A DNA stretch of 63,200 nucleotides, filler included, from Hyphochytrium catenoides (taxonomy: Eukaryota; Protista; Hyphochytriomycota), in NCBI GenBank assembly GCA_900088475.1. It is 16 parts of 16 records of this genome, joined end to end, with 100 filler letters (N's around TTAATTAATTAA, not from the genome) between each part and the next. Parts side by side here need not be neighbours in the genome. Positions count along the whole stretch, not along the records: positions 37,268 to 40,097 come from FLMG01003998.1; positions 40,198 to 42,434 come from FLMG01003166.1; positions 42,535 to 44,297 come from FLMG01003332.1; positions 44,398 to 45,981 come from FLMG01000983.1; positions 46,082 to 47,659 come from FLMG01001922.1; positions 47,760 to 52,386 come from FLMG01004020.1; 10 more parts are not named here. One strand, given 5' to 3'. The position numbers and the translations under genes were made by a program. Shown in pieces: positions 38,180 through 49,622 of this stretch; the stretch's first letter is position 1, and every line of letters begins with the position of its first letter. The notes beneath the pieces were generated by a model. That model made no database searches. It saw only the letters and a program-made list of their open reading frames with translations, and was not told where the DNA came from.

Positions 38180-39090
38180 AGAAGATGTCACGCCGCATGA
38201 TGGACGGGCCCGGAGCATGCGGAGTATGCTAGTATCTTTTTTCTGGAGAATGTAGGGACAGTTCACCACCATTCAGGTCTCCAGAGTCGTCCGATGGTCT
38301 CCTCATTGTTATGTCTAAGCAATTTCAGAATGAGAGGAAGGGCACAGATGGGGCAAATTATGTCTCTCCGTCCTCCTCCTCCCAACACAACTGCGGTGCA
38401 AAATGAGGTCTGCATCCAGAGCGTTGTCGTAGCATCGCATGGTACTTCTTCTTCTAGAGTCGCTCGGCAGAGCATCTAGAAAACATTGTGCGGCAAGCGC
38501 AATGGGGGCAGGAAGACTGTTGTTCTTCGGCCCCAGTCATGATGAGTCTTAAATTTTGTGGAAGGCCATAGCACCTTCTTCGTGATAGTGGTACACGACA
38601 TACTGAAGTCATGACGAAAGACATTGAGAGCTGAAGAGAGGTCTGATTGGTAAGCAATAATGACGAAAGGACTCTCAGCAGGCACTGCAGGGGTAAGCCT
38701 CCGATGGGGCATATATGGCTTCTATTGCGAGACTGCGGTGGTCGCAACTGGTGTCTGCCTCCAGAGCCTTATTACCCAGCAGTTGGCTGGAACTCCTTTC
38801 GATCGTGCTCGCCAGACCTCCCCGACCCAACATCCATCGGCTCTTCTCATGATCTCAGTAAGTAGTTCAATGTCACCTACTCCAAGCTTTCACGAAGGTA
38901 CCATGGTGGTCGTTCATCATGGCAGCCTCAGTTCAGGGAGACGGAGCCAAACAGTCTGGGATCTTCCTGACCCCAGTGCAGAGTAACTGTGGAAGCTTCT
39001 TTGTCATACAATAACTTTGGAGGAGACGGGCGGTCTGCTCATCTGGGACGTGAGCCAGACAGTTTGGTACTACCTACAGGTACCCTGTAC
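38180..39090 (-). mobile_element. Highly degenerate non-LTR (CRE-like) retrotransposon remnant
   Basis: Frameshifted peptides in the expected order: AHVPDEQTARLLQSYC / KKLPQLL, LGRGGLA, then CPxC motifs (ICPICALP). Many stops. Confidence 0.35.
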
Positions 39091-39366
39091 TNNNNNNNNN
39101 NNNNNNNNNNNNNNNNNNNNNNNNNNNNNNNNNNNNNNNNNNNNNNNNNNNNNNNNNTTGGTGACTGAGTGACAGAGTTCGTAACCTTTGACCCACACGA
39201 ATGCCTATTGGGAGCACACAAGCTTGAACTTAGACGGGGTCTGCTGTTGCACTCAACCATCCAGATAGAAAGAACTTAATCTCTATGAAGAAAGTGTAAG
39301 GTGTGGTATGGAATCGACAGCGTTTGCATGATCAGTGTTATCGTCATTTCCGTGTCCGTGAGTCAG

Positions 39367-40097
39367 CTATTCTGATAGCGTAGGATAGACCAAGTAAAGG
39401 TTCATAGCGATAATAACAAGTGCGAAACGGGTTGATATAGCTACCGTGGTGACAGTATGGTTTTGCCACTCCGATCCAACAACCTTCTTGTTGCTAGTGA
39501 ACAGCACAAGCGGAACAAGGGCGAACGGGATGCAAAAGCTGAGCACAACCTGGCTTATAACAAGTGCTCTTGTGGGATCGACTCCTGAGAGAATAACCGC
39601 TTGAGAGGGCACCAAGGTGATGAGTCCGCGAAGCCACACTCTCATCCTGAACTGGAGAAATCCCTCCATGCTTATTTGACCCGCTAGAGTGCCAATTGCA
39701 GAGGAAGAAATGCCGGACGCCACAAGTCCGATCGCAAAAATGTAACTCGCAGCCTGACCCAGAATTGGGCTTAGAGTCTCATAGCCGTCCTCTAAAGTTG
39801 CGACGTCAGTCTTGCCCGTATAGTAAAAAGTAGAAGCAGCCATCACAAGCACAGCAATATTCACAAATCCTGCCGCACCGAGCGCTATAACGATAGCCAT
39901 AAGCTCAAACCGAAAGGTGCGCGACAGACTCACAGTTGTGAAGGACTTTCTATCGAGAACCAACGCAGAGTGAAGGTAGATGGCATGGGGCATTACTGTC
40001 GCTCCATTTTGCCGACTGCAAGCAGAGCCGACTCTGCTCCTCCTTGAAAGTTCACTGTAAAACGTTTCTCGGGTTTACCCAAAGTTTCTCCCAAGGT
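39367..40097 (-). pseudogene. mntH: Bacterial-type Nramp Mn2+/Fe2+ transporter (MntH), C-terminal half, with a frameshift
   Basis: GATVMPHAIYLHSAL, AGFVN, ASGISSSAIGTLAGQISMEGF, DPTRALVISQVVLSF, ALVPLVLFTS. Intronless. Only 5 nt (40006-40010) separate LLAVG from GATVMPH, so this is a 1-nt deletion or a sequencing error. Confidence 0.8.
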
Positions 40098-40678
40098 NNN
40101 NNNNNNNNNNNNNNNNNNNNNNNNNNNNNNNNNNNNNNNNNTTAATTAATTAANNNNNNNNNNNNNNNNNNNNNNNNNNNNNNNNNNNNNNNNNNNNGAT
40201 TTCCGATCCCTAAAGCAATCAGCTCCGCCAGGCGATGAGTGAAGAGGGATATTCCGCCGCCTCCATGCTGTCTCTCTTCTTCTCGGTCTCCATCTATCCT
40301 TAGCTCCTTCCCTTCCTCTATTACTTCATACAAGGGAGAGGGATGCTTCAGCAACTGACAATAAGGCCAAGAACAAGGAATAAAGGTTATTGCTTACTCA
40401 AAAGCAACACATTTATAGAATCCTTGCCGCGTTCCTGTCGACTTTGCCAAAGAGCCATTGAACATGATTAACATCCTTCTCTCGAAAGCAAAGTAAGGCC
40501 TGCCTTTTGCAAATAAGAAGGAGATGGATAGAAGAGTAGGGGCGCCGGCAGACAGCAGAGGAACCACTGAGAACAGTTGGGAAGGGATGACGACGAATAA
40601 TGGGCCATTAGGAGCTTGCAAGAGCGTTGGCGCGGTATGAAGAGACACATCACCTATAAAGTATAAAATAGATTAGGT

Positions 40679-42434
40679 TTAATCTAGAAGCCGCGCCAAT
40701 GGTGTCGCAGTCACGATCCTTTGGAACACTTCCTCCGGCGTGCCGGCCGTGTCAATACAATGAATAGGAATTCCTTTGCTCTCAAAGTACTCCAGCGCCG
40801 GTAGAACTTGCTTATAGTAATTCGCAAGACGCCGCTCCTGGCTATCCACAGCAGGGTCATCAGCTGGGCTAAGAGCACCTGTTGCCGCAGCATCCTTAAC
40901 ATGGAGGCGAACGGCGCGATCGGCTAGAAGATAAGGACGAACATATCTGAGTCAGCCTTTAGAATTATAACCTCGCCAGCGGCGTGGGGCAAGAGACCTC
41001 TAAGGTGGAGGCTAAGTTAGGAAGTGTAGCAGCAGTAAGCGGAGACCACAACGTTCCAGGAGCCAAAGACCGACACTAAGATAGAACTTTTCTTTGCGCG
41101 CCAATCTGCCCTAACGGTTCGACGTCTGCCGCTGACAAGCCCTATATTCCTCCTTCTGTCCCCCACTCACCTGGATTCTCAAAGAGTAGGACCATCTCTG
41201 CATGGCCGCAAGTGTTCTCGAACTCTGTGATATTCTCCTTAGACTTCAGAAAGCCATCCAAAAGGATGTACCTAGAGGGCACGCATTCTCATTATCAACA
41301 TGATGATGGTCAACAGATGAGGAGCAAGCCCAGTTAAAAGAAGAGAAGCCAAAGCACCCACAAGAAGGAGAGGCAGCGAGAAGGGAGACAACAAGACTCA
41401 ACCCACTACCATCATCTGACACCCACCTCCCAGGATTCTCAGCCAAAAACTTCTTCAGCAGCGCCATCACCACGGAGCCTTTCACTACGCCTCCAGTTGA
41501 AATTATCTTCTGAATATCCTTCCCAAGCTCCGTAGCCGCTGTCACCTAAGCCAGTCGTCGCAGAAGGATGCGATGGGTAAAGAAAGAAAAAGAGATGAGT
41601 CAAAGTGGAAAGGAAAGACGCCATAGGCAGAAGCCAGTAGTAAAGTTTGCAGCCTTAGATAATTGGTGAGGACGCTAATGTTGCAAGCCACCATGTTCAA
41701 AGCGGCCTAATGGAGGAGAGATAATACCTCGCGTTTTAGCAGGTCCGCCGCAGAGACATGAATCGAGCCTGTTTTGTCCACAAGCTTCAGGCACTGAGTT
41801 GTCTTACCTGAAAAAGAGACTCTAGGTCAGTATGTCGTCTAACTAATGTCGAAAGACAACCCTTTGAGGCGGAGAAGGTACAAAACGGCGTCCCTAGCTG
41901 CAAAAAAGCCCTCTGGCAGGTAACCTATCTTTCTCCTGATGCTTCCAGACCTGACTGAGGTGAGCCTGTTACGAAAATGACTCTGAAAGCGGATCGGAGT
42001 CTCCATGATCTAGACCCAGAGGTAAGAAGGCTGCAGAACTCTTCGAAGTCTATCCGGCCGTCATCGTTACCATCCGCAGCAGCGATAAGCTGGCGAGCTT
42101 CCTCTGCCGAGATCTAGAACGGATAGAAGGAAAAGAAAATCGGGAAAGGAGGCAAGTAGTCAATCCTTAGTAGAACATTGAGCGAGCGCACATGCCCCTC
42201 ATATGCACAGCTATTGCTTTACCGATGTCCAACAGAACGACGTCCTAGTCCTTTAGGAAAGTTCCTACAAGCTATACGCCCCATCATTCATATCCTCCAC
42301 CAACGTCAAAAGCACCCTCTGCTAGCATCTCCTTCACCAGGTCTGCCTAACATTCTACGTTCATTACCCTGTCTCCCATCGTGCTGAGAAGACCCTGTAA
42401 ATCTGACACTGACAAAAAGCCATCATGGTCAGCG
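40679..42434 (-). CDS. EF-hand pair fused to an adenylate/UMP-CMP kinase-like domain; 5'-truncated
   Basis: Exons 42434-42368, 42113-41951, 41807-41728, 41545-41427, 41271-41171, 40923-40679, all in phase. EF loops xADHDGFLSVSD and DGNDDGRIDFEE. Kinase motifs VIFVTGSPQSGKTTQC, HVSAADLLKRE, ILLDGFLK. Confidence 0.9.
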
Positions 42435-42534
42435 NNNNNNNNNNNNNNNNNNNNNNNNNNNNNNNNNNNNNNNNNNNNTTAATTAATTAANNNNNNNNNN
42501 NNNNNNNNNNNNNNNNNNNNNNNNNNNNNNNNNN

Positions 42535-43127
42535 CTCTTCCCTTCTCTTTCTCCGTCTCTCTCTCTTCCTCCCTCGTCCTCTGAGCTTCAGGCAGAGAGA
42601 CAGAAGCTCGCTGCTCTGTATAGCAACAGGGCATTCGCTCTTCTGCGAAAGAGTGAGAGCGAGCGAGAGAGAGAAAGAGAGAGAGCTTTATCCTCTGCTA
42701 TCGAGGATGCCAAGAGAGCTTCTTCTCTCTCTCCGGCATGGTCTAAGGCTTATGTTAGGCAGGCTCAAGTCTTTTTTGCTCTAGAGCAGCCCTCCTCAGC
42801 TGTCAATGTGCTGAAGAAAGGTAAGACGATGGCAAGGAACTAGGGAGAGGGAGACGTCATATGACGGTAGCTGTGGAGAAGAGAGGCAAGAGCGCGCGCG
42901 CGAGAGAGAGAGAGAGAGAGATGGGGCAAGGTAGAGGAAAGAGAAAGAGATGAGAGACAGAGCCATGAACTGCGTAACTAGTTTCCTTTCTTATTTGGTC
43001 AAGTTCCCGCCATTTGCTCTCTGTATCCTTTCTGCGTCTGTCTCTCTTCTAATGCTTTGTCTTTTTGCCATAATTTCTCTCTTTGTACTTCCATCCAGAT
43101 TCTTAAATCCCTCCCACTTACCACTCT

Positions 43128-43177
<50 letters not shown>

Positions 43178-44297
43178 TCTCTACAGCCTTGGAGCTAGAC
43201 CCAGAGAGTGCTGAGATCAATCAGCTGATGCAGAAAGCTCGTGTCGAGGTCCTGAAGCAGTTGGAGGGAGAGGATAGTGGAGAAGACGAGACTGAAGAAG
43301 AACACAGAGTAGGGCAGAGAGAGAGAGACCGTCATAAAGTGACCCTAGACGCTCTCTCTTCCTCTCAGCGAAACGACAAGGCTGTCATAATCTCCTCAGC
43401 TACAAAGGCACAGGAAGAGGAGACAGTAGACAGGGTTGAGCTCATCAGCACTGCCTCAAGAGAGAGAGAAACGTGGGGAGAAGAAGCAGAAAACACGGGG
43501 CAAGTGTCTGAAGTGACAGCCTACACTGTCTCCAGACTGCAACAAATAGCGGAGAAACTGACCGTCGACGTTCTTCTCTCCAAACTCTTCAGTCATCTGC
43601 TCCGCTCTCTTCAGACAAACCGCTACTTCTTACCGTCTCTCTCTCTCCTCTTCCTCGGCATCTTTCTGCAGATCGCGAACAACTGGACGAAGATCTTCTT
43701 TTCTCTCTTCTCTTTGGGCACTGTCATGCATATCCTTTGGTCTCATGGGAGACTGGAGAGTGTGAGTAGAAGACTCTCAGCAATGTGTCGAGGCGGCTTG
43801 AGGAGGATAATCCTTCCCTCGCTACTCCTGATCCCTACAGCCGCTGACATCTTCGGGCAGGTCCGTCTCTTCCTCTTCTGCAAGGAAGATCCCTATCTCT
43901 CTCTTCTCCTCTTCCTCACCACCTCCATCATTGCCCTGGTGATTTCCTTCGGAGGCGAAGATCTGAAGAAGCTCAATCATCGCCGATTTTTGAAGATTAC
44001 CGCGTACTTTGTTGTCATTGGCTACTGGGTCATCTATTTGGGACACAGGGAGAAGTTCCGTCAGCTACTTGCTCCGTTGTGCGTGAACCTGGGAGGAGCT
44101 CTCTTAGGGTTGGTGCCTTTCTCTCCTCTCCTGAGGGAGGGAGGCCGAGAGGCAGTGAGAGAGACAGTGGAAGACCTTCATTATGAGCTGACAGACGATA
44201 TTCTTCTTATCATTGGAATGGTGAAGCTCTCGATGGACTGGTGGGAGCAGCCTGTCACCTTCACTATTCAGGATATTATCCCCTTCCTCTCCGATTG
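42535..44297 (+). CDS. TPR-domain protein with a polytopic membrane region; both ends truncated
   Basis: Exons ~42535-42820 and 43187-44297. LYSNRAFALL...AIEDAKRASSLSPAWSKAYVRQAQ...LKKALELDPES, an acidic linker, then several hydrophobic segments. Confidence 0.82.
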
Positions 44298-44583
44298 NNN
44301 NNNNNNNNNNNNNNNNNNNNNNNNNNNNNNNNNNNNNNNNNTTAATTAATTAANNNNNNNNNNNNNNNNNNNNNNNNNNNNNNNNNNNNNNNNNNNNTCT
44401 CTCTCTCTCTGTCTCTCTCTCTCTCCTGTTACACACTGTCGACTTTTCACTTTTTGCCTCCTCACATCTCTCCTCTGGGTCTCTCTTATCTTCTCTTTCG
44501 ATCATCCTCCTCGCTCCTGCAGATTGTTAGCTTGTTGGACGTGTTATTTCCTTCCTCTCATTCTTTCTCCCTCTTCCTTCTTA

Positions 44584-44622
<39 letters not shown>

Positions 44623-45429
44623 ATTTTCTCTCTCTGCTCGAGCTCCTCTCTTCCTCCACTCTCTCCGTCATTAGTCCTTGTCCACATACTTCGTAGCTTC
44701 TAGTGCGAAACCATTTATGTGATGGAGAGAGCGAACATAGAGAGAAGAAGAGGAAGAAGAGAGAAAGTGCAAAAGAGAGAGAGAGAGAGAGAGCACGACA
44801 GCGATGGTCAAGGTTCTGCACGTGACGCCGCGAGAAATGAAAGGATACGCGCCATCATCCTTGTCATTCCTCTCTCTTGTCTACTACCTACGTCTCCCTC
44901 TCTCTTTCTCTCTTCTTTCATCTGACTCTTCCCAAGTGCCCCGCTCTCTCTTCCATGTCTGTTCATCTCTCTCTCTCTCTCCTCTGGATCTCTCTCTCCA
45001 TGGTCCGTATCACATTGCTCTTCTGTTCACCACGTGCACCGCACTTCTTTCTCTTCCTTTTCCTTTCTCTCTCATAGTTCAAAGTGCGCCCTACCAGACA
45101 AGAAGAAGCTATCGAAGACTCGATTTCTATCTCCTCTCCAATATATTTGGCTGTCTTTCTCTCTCTCTCTCTTGCTCACTCTGTTCTCGTTCACACTTAG
45201 TGTTACCTCTTTCTTCTTTCTTTCTCTCTGAGGAACTCACCGGATCTCTCTTTCTCTTCGTAGCCTGCTTCCATTTGACTCTGTCCTGTCATCTTCTCCC
45301 ATTCTCTCTCTCTCTCTCTTTCTCTCTCTCCTACTCTTTTCCTGCCTCTCCCTCAAGGCCGAGGAAGGGGTCCATGCCCTTTCTCTCTCTTCTCTCTCCC
45401 TCTTCATTACTTTGGGAGTAGCAACGGAG

Positions 45430-45704
45430 ATGTGGTCATCTCCCTCTCCAAAAAAGATTGAGACACACAATGTCTCTTCCCTCTCCTCCTATTCTCTCGC
45501 TTTCTCTCCTTCCTCCTCGTCTCTCCTTCAATGGCTCATCATCTTCTCCTCTTCTCTCTCTCTTCTGAGCACTTCCGCCGTGCTCTTACTCTTTTGCCTG
45601 CGACGCAGGAAGAGAGAGAGAGAAAGAGAAAGACGAGGAAACAAGGTTCTCCTCCTCTCCATGACAATTGTTGACTTTATAGCTGCTCTCGCGCATGTCG
45701 CCGG
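45430..45704 (+). CDS. Probable first exon (TM1-TM2) of a GPCR-like protein (cAMP-receptor/GCR1 class)
   Basis: ATG; N-glycosylation sequon NVS; TM1 [23 protein letters not shown]; basic loop; TM2 VLLLSMTIVDFIAAL with Asp; GTAAG donor and CT-rich intron. Confidence 0.45.
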
Positions 45705-47235
45705 GTAAGGCTATATCTTCTCTGTTCTCTCTTTCCTTTTCTATCTCTCTCTCCGTTGACTACCTGACCTTGCCTTCCAAGTTGTCTCACTCCTCTCTCT
45801 CTTTCCCTCTTTCTCTCTCTTTTCTCTCTCTCTGTCTCTCTCTCTTTGTGCCCCCTCGCTTGCTTTATCTCCTCTCTCTCTCTCTCTCGATTAGAAGGTT
45901 ATTTCTCTGACCTTGCCCGTGGTCTCTTCTTTCGTTTTCTTTGGCTAACCATCCTCTCTCTTTTCTCTTTCTTTCTCTCTTNNNNNNNNNNNNNNNNNNN
46001 NNNNNNNNNNNNNNNNNNNNNNNNNTTAATTAATTAANNNNNNNNNNNNNNNNNNNNNNNNNNNNNNNNNNNNNNNNNNNNAAGGCTGGATTACCCATAT
46101 CTAAAAGGGCGAGCCCTCAGGCTTGCCTGCTGTATTGATAACAATATTCTCCACACTTTCTACCTACCGCTGAAGCAATCAGACATTGTGGAATCTTCTG
46201 GAGATCTCGACGCGTTTATCAAAGAGGCCAAGGAAACAAAATCTCGCCAACCTCGCTGTTCATCGTACATCGAAAAATGTGTGCACCCAAGAACCAAGTA
46301 ATCTCTTTCTAGCGGGTCTACAGCATGCGGGGAGGTGTTGAATGTTCAGCTCGACCCTTCATAATAGGGAGTTTGAGCTGCGGGGAGGTGGTGGAGTCTG
46401 AGGGCACAGCTATGTGGCCTACAAGCTGGCAAGCTTAACTACCCAAATTTCAGCTCCAAACTTCCAGTAGAAGCCGAGATATGAAGCAAAAGAAATGTCC
46501 CTGTTTATATCTATGGCTTATGGTCAGTAGCACGGAATACCTTCAAGACTGACAGTTCTAGACAGGGATTTCTCTATGACTGACTATCTTAGACTATATT
46601 AGGAATAGTTGGCATAGTCAGAATAGCTCTAGATTATGGGACCCCAGTTGGGCTTATAAGTCGAGCACTCTCATCTAATGACATTGTCCAATCATCCCAT
46701 ACAATCCAACAGTATATTTGTTTTATAACAATAGCCGGTAGGTCTAATAACAGCTATATAAATACAACTACAACAGGGAGGAGTTGGAGTGGATTTGGGT
46801 CCTCAGTATAGCATGGGGAATAGGGAAATGGGGACAACGACTACAGAGTACAGCGTCAAAAAGAAGAACTAGAGTACGATTGGACTATACAAGACCGAAA
46901 CCTGCCCCCTTTTATCGTGCAACAGATACACCCTTTGGCTTGTTTTTGGAATGAACTAATGAACCCAAAGACAAACAATATGCTTCCGATGAATTGATTA
47001 TTTGGTGATTACAAAAACTGACCAATCACAGAATTAACGACGTTTGCATTTGTTTTCAAAGTTTTCAAAGTCCTTTTGGCTTCTTTTCACCCCCCTTTCA
47101 TGTCCCTATTTACTTTTAGGCACTTACATGTATTTCGAACCAAGGAAGCTTATCTGAATGGTGATTGAAACATATCGTGAATTAACGTCAACCTCAAAAT
47201 TGTGCTGGTCCGGGGGTACGATTTACTACCTATGA

Positions 47236-47347
47236 ACAGACAGACAGACAGCTACACAGACAGACTGACAGGCAGACAGACGCGGATGAACAAATCGGGA
47301 ACAAATTCTGCACCTAAACAAAAAAGCTTCGCCCTTCGAGCTCGCCA
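47236..47347 (+). mobile_element. End of a non-autonomous Helitron/Helentron-like element
   Basis: (CAGA)n microsatellite at 47236-47281, then the GC-rich palindrome-like GCTTCGCCCTTCGAGCTCGCC, directly abutting the Copia coding sequence. Confidence 0.45.
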
Positions 47348-47659
47348 ATTAGGGATCGAAAGAATCGGAAGATTTACCTTCGCCAACGAAGATTTATTCA
47401 AGACCTCCTGAAGCGTTATGGCATGGAAGATTGTAACCCAATCAGCAAGCCTGTTACTCCTGGTGAAAAGCTACCCAAGGCAGACGCTCTCTCTACATTG
47501 ACTTCTGAAGAGGAGCAGTATTTATTCAAGATACCGTACAAGAATGCTGTTGGCAGTCTTATGCATCTGATGGTAGCCTCCAGGCCGGATATAGCCTTCG
47601 CGGTACAATCGGTGAGCCAGCATATGACTAACTATAGACAGACTCACTGGACCGCTGTG
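47348..47659 (+). mobile_element. Ty1/Copia LTR-retrotransposon reverse transcriptase fragment
   Basis: IRDRKNRKIYLRQRRFIQDLLKRYGMEDCNPISKP...PYKNAVGSLMHLMVASRPDIAFAVQSVSQHMTNYRQTHWTAV. Confidence 0.93.
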
Positions 47660-49071
47660 NNNNNNNNNNNNNNNNNNNNNNNNNNNNNNNNNNNNNNNNN
47701 NNNTTAATTAATTAANNNNNNNNNNNNNNNNNNNNNNNNNNNNNNNNNNNNNNNNNNNNTCGTCCTTTCATACGTTTACCCAATGTTGCCTCAGAGTTGA
47801 CCCAAACTTTACTGATGTCGTTTTACAGTGCCAGCAGATAAACACTCTTTTGTTGTTGAGCCTTCTTGCGTCTGGGATCTACCTCTCTTTTTTTATTCTG
47901 GGCCGGCTTCTCTTGTGGCTGCCCCATCGTCCTTCTTGAAGGAGGTGACGGGTATGATGAAGGGACGACGACTTGTTTGCGTGGCGGCTTTCTCCTCGTC
48001 ATGATGTTATTGCGGGTTTTCTGCTGCTGCAATGGTTCTGCCTCTTCTTCAGATCGATTGGTCATCCAGCAGGAGGAAGTGTTTGCCAGGCGGTGTCCAG
48101 CAGATTGGGGCGACCGATCAGTCCATCCAGAGCTGCTGCGACTCTTCTGCAGACGACGCGGCGGGACGAGCACCATCATCATTATCCTTATCATCATCGT
48201 CAGAGCAGATTGGGGCGGTATGCTTTGCCGCAAAATCTATTCTGGCCGTCAAGTATTGTCAAAACTCATGGATGACAAGAGTATCGAGGATCCAGGTTAT
48301 TTGACAAAAGAGAGTCTCTGTAAATGTATACAACCCCAGTTGACCAACTGGGTATTTGTCAGACCCTAGTTGTTGTTGGTGATTTAACTGTAAATTTTAC
48401 AATTCGGGGCGATTTGTGATCAGCATTTATAACGTTTCGACAACCAGCACGGATTTCATCCTGATAAGGGATAAATNNNNNNNNNNNNNNNNNNNNNNNN
48501 NNNNNNNNNNNNTGCCAACGCCTATCTGCTGGAGACTCTAGGTCAGCGTCCAAGAGCCAAATCATTGCGAAACCATCCCAATAGGAACCCTACATCATAA
48601 GGAAGAGATAGCCGCAAGGAGCACCCTTTTCTGACCAGTAGTTGCTGAGAAATTTTTCAAAGACCCCATCTGGCTTTGATCTCCGTTGTATTGTATGTAT
48701 GGTTCTGGTAATCCTATCTTCTCTTTCAAAATATTATGTACTCCGTATAGCTTTTTTATAAAAAAGGCAGACCCTCAGTCTCCCACCCACAAGGTGCTCC
48801 AAACTGATATGGCGACGTGCTGCCTCTTCTTTCATATCTCCCATCCAGCCTGTGAAGGAAGATCAGTCATATCTCTTCTGGTTGCTGAGATAGGTTGGTC
48901 ACGGTGTGGTAGATGTTCACGAGTGGTTCCACTGTAACTCTACTGTACCTTCTTCCCATTGCTGGGCTCCGTGTCTCCTGTCCCTCAGGCGACAGCTGCG
49001 GTCCCTCCCCCAACAACTGCTGCACGGTCGGTAACTGCAATTGTCCCTCCCCCAACACCAGCAGTGTCGGT

Positions 49072-49146
49072 GTCTCCTGCGGCAACTGCATCAGCGGCAG
49101 TGGCGATGTCTCATGCGGCAACTGCATCAGCGGCAGTAGCGTCTCC
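49072..49146. repeat. ~36-bp GC-rich minisatellite running into an assembly gap
   Basis: GTCTCMTGCGGCAACTGCATCAGCGGCAGT occurs twice and a third unit begins at the gap. Confidence 0.75.
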
Positions 49147-49622
49147 NNNNNNNNNNNNNNNNNNNNNNNNNNNNNNNNNNNNNNNNNNNNNNNNNNNNNN
49201 NNNNNNNNNNNNNNNNNNNNNNNNNNNNNNNNNNNNNNNNNNNNNNNNNNNNNNNNNNNNNNNNNNNNNNNNNNNNNNNNNNNNNNNNNNNNNNNNNNNN
49301 NNNNNNNNNNNNNNNNNNNNNNNNNNNNNNNNNNNNNNNNNNNNNNNNNNNNNNNNNNNNNNNNNNNNNNNNNNNNNNNNNNNNNNNNNNNNNNNNNNNN
49401 NNNNNNNNNNNNNNNNNNNNNNNNNNNNNNNNNNNNNNNNNNNNNNNNNNNNNNNNNNNNNNNNNNNNNNNNNNNNNNNNNNNNNNNNNNNNNNNNNNNN
49501 NNNNNTGTTTTTTCTGATCACTTCCAACGAAAGACAATTGTTTGAGATCGCTCTTTATTGTTGCGGCACCTTTTCTCTGAAGCATGATCTCATTTAAGGT
49601 CAATTAGACGGAGCTAGACGAA

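Noticed and set aside
42220-42350. Apparent degenerate third EF-hand
   Set aside because: It contains stops and lies within the intron between two clean EF-hand exons.
1451-46037. Many track ORFs rich in SLSLSL or ERERER
   Set aside because: They are read-through of (CT)n/(GA)n microsatellites in introns or intergenic DNA.
48913-49146. Cys-rich, metallothionein-like ORF (SCGNCISGSG repeats)
   Set aside because: It is a translation of the 36-bp minisatellite beside a gap, with no support for strand or frame.
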